Shown piece by piece: positions 7,739-10,661 of a DNA stretch of 10,661 bases (position 1 is its first letter; every line of letters starts with the position of its first letter). The DNA lies in contig JBQTGV010000045.1 in NCBI GenBank assembly GCA_052390515.1, positions 1 to 10,661 on the forward strand, read 5' to 3'. The notes below the pieces were generated by a model, which was not told the origin of the DNA, made no database searches, and worked only from the letters and a program-made list of their open reading frames with translations. This stretch comes from Candidatus Eiseniibacteriota bacterium. Its GTDB lineage: Bacteria; ARS69. The position numbers were made by a program, and so were the translations under genes.

Positions 7739-9797
7739 GCGTGTCGGCATCGCCCTGCGGCTCGCACTGCCGGTCGCGCTGCTCACCGGCGTGTTGCTCC
7801 GTGCCGAGTACCTGCGCGAGCTGATCGCCACCCCGTTCTGGGACAACTTCGTGCTCGACTCGGAGTGGTACGACCAGGCGGCGCACCACCTGCTGCAGGG
7901 CCGGACGCTCGCCGAGGGGGAGATCCTCTTCCGCGGTCCGCTGTACCCCTGGTTCCTGGCGACGATGTACCAGGTGTTCGGCGCGGGTCCGCTGGCTCCT
8001 CGTCTGGTGCAGGGGCTGCTCGGGCTGCTGCTCGCCGGCGTCTGCTGGAGAATCGCGCGGCGCACGCACGGCGAGGACGTCGCCGCGCTCACCGCCGGGC
8101 TCGCCGCCACGTTCGGCATGTTCATCTACTTCGAGGGCGAGATCCTCGGCACGACGCTGTGCACGGTGTTGATCGCCGCGGGAACGCTGCTCCTGCTGGA
8201 GGGCGATGCACGGGACAGCCTGCGGAGGCTGGCGGGCGCGGGGTTCGCGCTCGGGCTGGCGTGGACGGTGCACCCCCTGGCGCTGGTGCTCGCGCCGGCC
8301 GCGGTGCTGTGGGTGGCGCTGCGCGGGCGCCGCTTCCTGCCGACCGCGGCGGTCGTGACCGGACTGCTGCTTCCCGTGGGCCTCGTCACCGCCTACAACC
8401 TCGCCTCTTCGGACCAGGTCGTTCCGGTGGCCGCGCAGGGCGGCATCAACCTGTACATCGGCAACAACCCGCACGCCGACGGCAAGTCCGCGCTTGCACC
8501 GGGCTTCGCCGAGCCGGAACAGGTGCTGCACCAGGGCGACTACCGCGACAACGTCGCGGTCGCCGCGCGCACACTTGCGGAGCGCGACGCGGGCCGGACG
8601 CTTTCCGTCGCGGAGGTGGACCGCTACTGGTACGGGCAGGCCTTCCGCTGGATGCGGGACCATCCCAAGGACGCCATCATCCTCTTCGCCAGGAAGCTCG
8701 TCTTCTTCTGGAACGGTTTCGAGATCTCCAACACGCGGGACCTCGTCGATCAGGCCCGACGGTTCACGCCCATCCTGTCCGTGTTCCTGGTGCAGTACTC
8801 GTTCCTGCTGCCCTTCGCGCTGTTCGGCCTGCTGCGGGAGGGCGTCCGCGGTCGCGAGCGGGGGCTCCTCGCCTGGTTCCTCGTGTCCTGGACGATCGGC
8901 GTCTGCGCGTTCTTCGTGTCCAGCCGGTTCCGCATCCCGGCCGTGCCCTGGCTGCTCCCGTTCAGCGCGGCCGGAGTCATCGGCTTCCTGGAGGACGTGC
9001 GCCTCGCACGGACGGCGCGGCGGGGCTTCGGGCGAGCCGTGGCGCTGCTCGTGTTCCTCTTCGCGGCGACGAACGGCCTGCTCGTCAGCCGCGCGGGAAT
9101 CGCCGACGTGACCGTGCAGCGGGACGCGCCCTTCCATCGCTTCAACCTGGCGGTGGTCTTCGAGCGCGAAGGCAACCTGGACCGGGCGATCTCCGAGTAC
9201 CGGGCGGCCCAGGCGACCCGTCTGGCCGATCCGCGCGTGCACCTGAACCTGGGGAATCTGCTGGCGCGCACCGGCCGCGGAAGCGAAGCGCGCGAGGAGT
9301 ACCACAAGGTGCTGCGCATCGATCCGACCTACGAGTCCGCGGTGCGTCACAACCTCGCGATCCTGGCCTCGCAGGAGGGCGACTGGGACGAGGCGATCCG
9401 CCAGTTCGAGGGAGCGCTCGCCGCGGATCCGGACTCGCCGGGCGCACTGCTCGGGCTGGCCACGGCGTACCTGTCCGCGGGACGACTGGACGAGTCGCTG
9501 GTCGCGCACCGCCGCGCGCTCGCGGACTCCGCGGGACCCGAGGGCGCGATCCGCAGGAGCCTGGCGGTCACCTACCTCGAGATGGGCCTGCTGGAAGACG
9601 CCGAGCGCGAAGCGCTGATCTCGCTCCAACTGGACCCCAAGGACGTGGTGGCGGTCCTCACGCTGGGGAAGATCTACACGCTGCGCGCGGCGCCGGAGGC
9701 CGCGGCGCTCATGTGGGAGAAGGCGCGGACCCTCGCGCCGGGCATGCCGCTCGTGGAGCGGACCATCGAAGACGCGCGCGGAGCGGCGCCGCCCTGA
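7728..9797 (+). CDS. GT-C fold (PMT/ArnT-like, GT39-type) polytopic membrane glycosyltransferase with C-terminal TPR domain, 689 aa
   Basis: ATG at 7728 after GGAG (7714-7717), overlapping the upstream stop. First-loop [10 protein letters not shown] and [11 protein letters not shown] motifs, many TM helices, [11 protein letters not shown] and [10 protein letters not shown] motifs, then several TPRs ([23 protein letters not shown]). Confidence 0.8.
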   Translation: MSGERVGIALRLALPVALLTGVLLRAEYLRELIATPFWDNFVLDSEWYDQAAHHLLQGRTLAEGEILFRGPLYPWFLATMYQVFGAGPLAPRLVQGLLGLLLAGVCWRIARRTHGEDVAALTAGLAATFGMFIYFEGEILGTTLCTVLIAAGTLLLLEGDARDSLRRLAGAGFALGLAWTVHPLALVLAPAAVLWVALRGRRFLPTAAVVTGLLLPVGLVTAYNLASSDQVVPVAAQGGINLYIGNNPHADGKSALAPGFAEPEQVLHQGDYRDNVAVAARTLAERDAGRTLSVAEVDRYWYGQAFRWMRDHPKDAIILFARKLVFFWNGFEISNTRDLVDQARRFTPILSVFLVQYSFLLPFALFGLLREGVRGRERGLLAWFLVSWTIGVCAFFVSSRFRIPAVPWLLPFSAAGVIGFLEDVRLARTARRGFGRAVALLVFLFAATNGLLVSRAGIADVTVQRDAPFHRFNLAVVFEREGNLDRAISEYRAAQATRLADPRVHLNLGNLLARTGRGSEAREEYHKVLRIDPTYESAVRHNLAILASQEGDWDEAIRQFEGALAADPDSPGALLGLATAYLSAGRLDESLVAHRRALADSAGPEGAIRRSLAVTYLEMGLLEDAEREALISLQLDPKDVVAVLTLGKIYTLRAAPEAAALMWEKARTLAPGMPLVERTIEDARGAAPP

Positions 9798-9810
9798 GCG
9801 TGGATAGCGG

Positions 9811-9939
9811 GTCACTGTGGAACGCGGAGGGCAGCGTGCGAGTCGAGGGCCCCGTCCTCGGGACGACGTGTCGCGAGGACTGTCCGAGCCCGGGCCAGGG
9901 CCCTCGGCTCGCACGCTACCCTCCGCTTCCCCGAGTGGC
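9811..9939 (+). repeat. Large imperfect inverted repeat / structured element of unknown type
   Basis: 29-nt arms at 9824-9852 and 9898-9926 are complementary at 27/29 positions. The stem extends via GGAA/TTCC and GTCACT/AGTGGC, and there is an internal hairpin GTCCTCG (9854-9860) / CGAGGAC (9874-9880). Confidence 0.85.
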
Positions 9940-9963
9940 GCGACCACCGCCCGGGCGGCTTGC

Positions 9964-9993
9964 TTGACAGCCCTCGCGGGGCTCTCGTACCTT
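9964..9993 (+). promoter_or_regulatory. Putative sigma70-type promoter for tadA-tRNA-Ser(CGA)
   Basis: TTGACA (9964-9969), 18-nt spacer, TACCTT (9988-9993). Confidence 0.6.
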
Positions 9994-10060
9994 GCCGGCG
10001 TCCTGTGGCACGGTCCGGAGGTGGGCTTCCATCGGGCTCGAGAACCGGGACGAGGCCTGG

Positions 10061-10489
10061 ATGGAAGAAGCCCTCCGTCTCGCCGCGGAAGCGGCCGAGG
10101 ACGGGGAGGTGCCCGTCGGCGCGGTCGTCGTGATGGGAGACCGGGTCGTCGGGCGCGGCAGGAACCGCATGCTCGGGCGGAGCGATCCGCGGGCGCACGC
10201 CGAGATGGAAGCCATCGACGACGCGCGCGCGAAGGTCGAAGGCGGGCGACTCGACGGCGGCACGCTCGTCGTCACGTTGGAACCGTGCCCGCTGTGCGCA
10301 GGGGCCATCCTCCTCACGCGGCTCGCGAGGGTCGTGTTCGGTGCATGGGATCCGCGCATGGGCGCGGCCGGATCGCGCTTCGACATCCTGGGCGCGGGCG
10401 TGCTCGGCGACGTTCGCGTCCGGTCGGGAGTGCATTCCGAGCGGTGCTCTTCGCTCCTGTCGGGCTGGTTCCGCGGGATGCGCGAATGA
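10061..10489 (+). CDS. tadA: tRNA adenosine(34) deaminase TadA; true start may be upstream at 10031
   Basis: Motifs MEEALRLA, GEVPVGAVVV, GRN, DPRAHAE (Zn-binding His and catalytic Glu), TLEPCPLCAGAI and VVFGAWDPRMGAAGS. Adjacent to tRNA-Ser, and its substrate tRNA-Arg(ACG) is in the same window. Confidence 0.93.
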   Translation: MEEALRLAAEAAEDGEVPVGAVVVMGDRVVGRGRNRMLGRSDPRAHAEMEAIDDARAKVEGGRLDGGTLVVTLEPCPLCAGAILLTRLARVVFGAWDPRMGAAGSRFDILGAGVLGDVRVRSGVHSERCSSLLSGWFRGMRE

Positions 10490-10494
10490 CTCGA

Positions 10495-10584
10495 GGAGAG
10501 GTGCCAGAGCGGTTGAATGGGGCGGTCTCGAAAACCGTTGATCCCGCAAGGGTTCCGTGGGTTCGAATCCCACCCTCTCCGCCA
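10495..10584 (+). tRNA. tRNA-Ser (anticodon CGA)
   Basis: Acceptor stem GGAGAGG/CCTCTCC; anticodon arm GCGGT-CTCGAAA-ACCGT (CGA at 10529-10531); long variable arm with GCAA loop; GTGGG-TTCGAAT-CCCAC; ends GCCA. Confidence 0.96.
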
Positions 10585-10661
10585 TAAATTACTGAAAATT
10601 GCTTCGAATTCCAAACGGACCCCCAGCTCACCTCCAACCGGCAACTGTAGTTGTACTCGAC

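Noticed and set aside
637..9947. Long antisense and alternate-frame ORFs (e.g. 637-1830 -, 2581-3762 -, 5143-6459 -, 7476-9947 -, 7865-9967 +)
   Set aside because: These are expected stop-poor shadows of high-GC coding sequence. They have no recognisable motifs and overlap well-supported genes.
9798..9963. SRP RNA (ffs) or 6S RNA, given that SRP RNA often lies near tadA/tRNA-Ser
   Set aside because: I found no SRP domain IV motif (CAGG...GGAA...AGCAG) on either strand and no large central bubble typical of 6S. It is left as an unknown structure pending an Rfam search.
1..10661. CRISPR array, transposase, integrase or defence genes
   Set aside because: No regularly spaced direct repeats and no recognisable recombinase, nuclease or Cas motifs were seen. 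The deaminase has the full TadA signature and tRNA context, so it is not treated as a defence or editing deaminase.

Overview
A very GC-rich (roughly 70% by eye) bacterial chromosomal segment with all credible genes on the + strand. Order: a probably 5'-truncated TPR protein; an exported, Cys-rich TPR protein; hflK-hflC; a long intergenic hairpin; mnmA; tRNA-Ser(UGA), tRNA-Ser(GCU) and tRNA-Arg(ACG); a three-gene envelope cassette (secreted beta-helix protein, AlkP-superfamily lipoprotein, GT-C/PMT-like membrane glycosyltransferase with C-terminal TPRs); a large unexplained inverted-repeat element; tadA; tRNA-Ser(CGA); and an abrupt AT-rich stretch that may start an integrated island. Most of it is housekeeping. 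The most notable points are: (i) the mnmA reading frame runs into tRNA-Ser and its stop codon is exactly the tRNA's TGA anticodon; (ii) two long intergenic hairpins, one with all mismatches G-U on the sense strand; (iii) possible non-canonical start codons for tadA (ATC) and the AlkP lipoprotein (GTT); (iv) a candidate surface glycosylation/modification cassette inside the tRNA-tadA cluster; and (v) a candidate TPR partner of HflKC. All calls come from motif recognition by eye; no searches were run.
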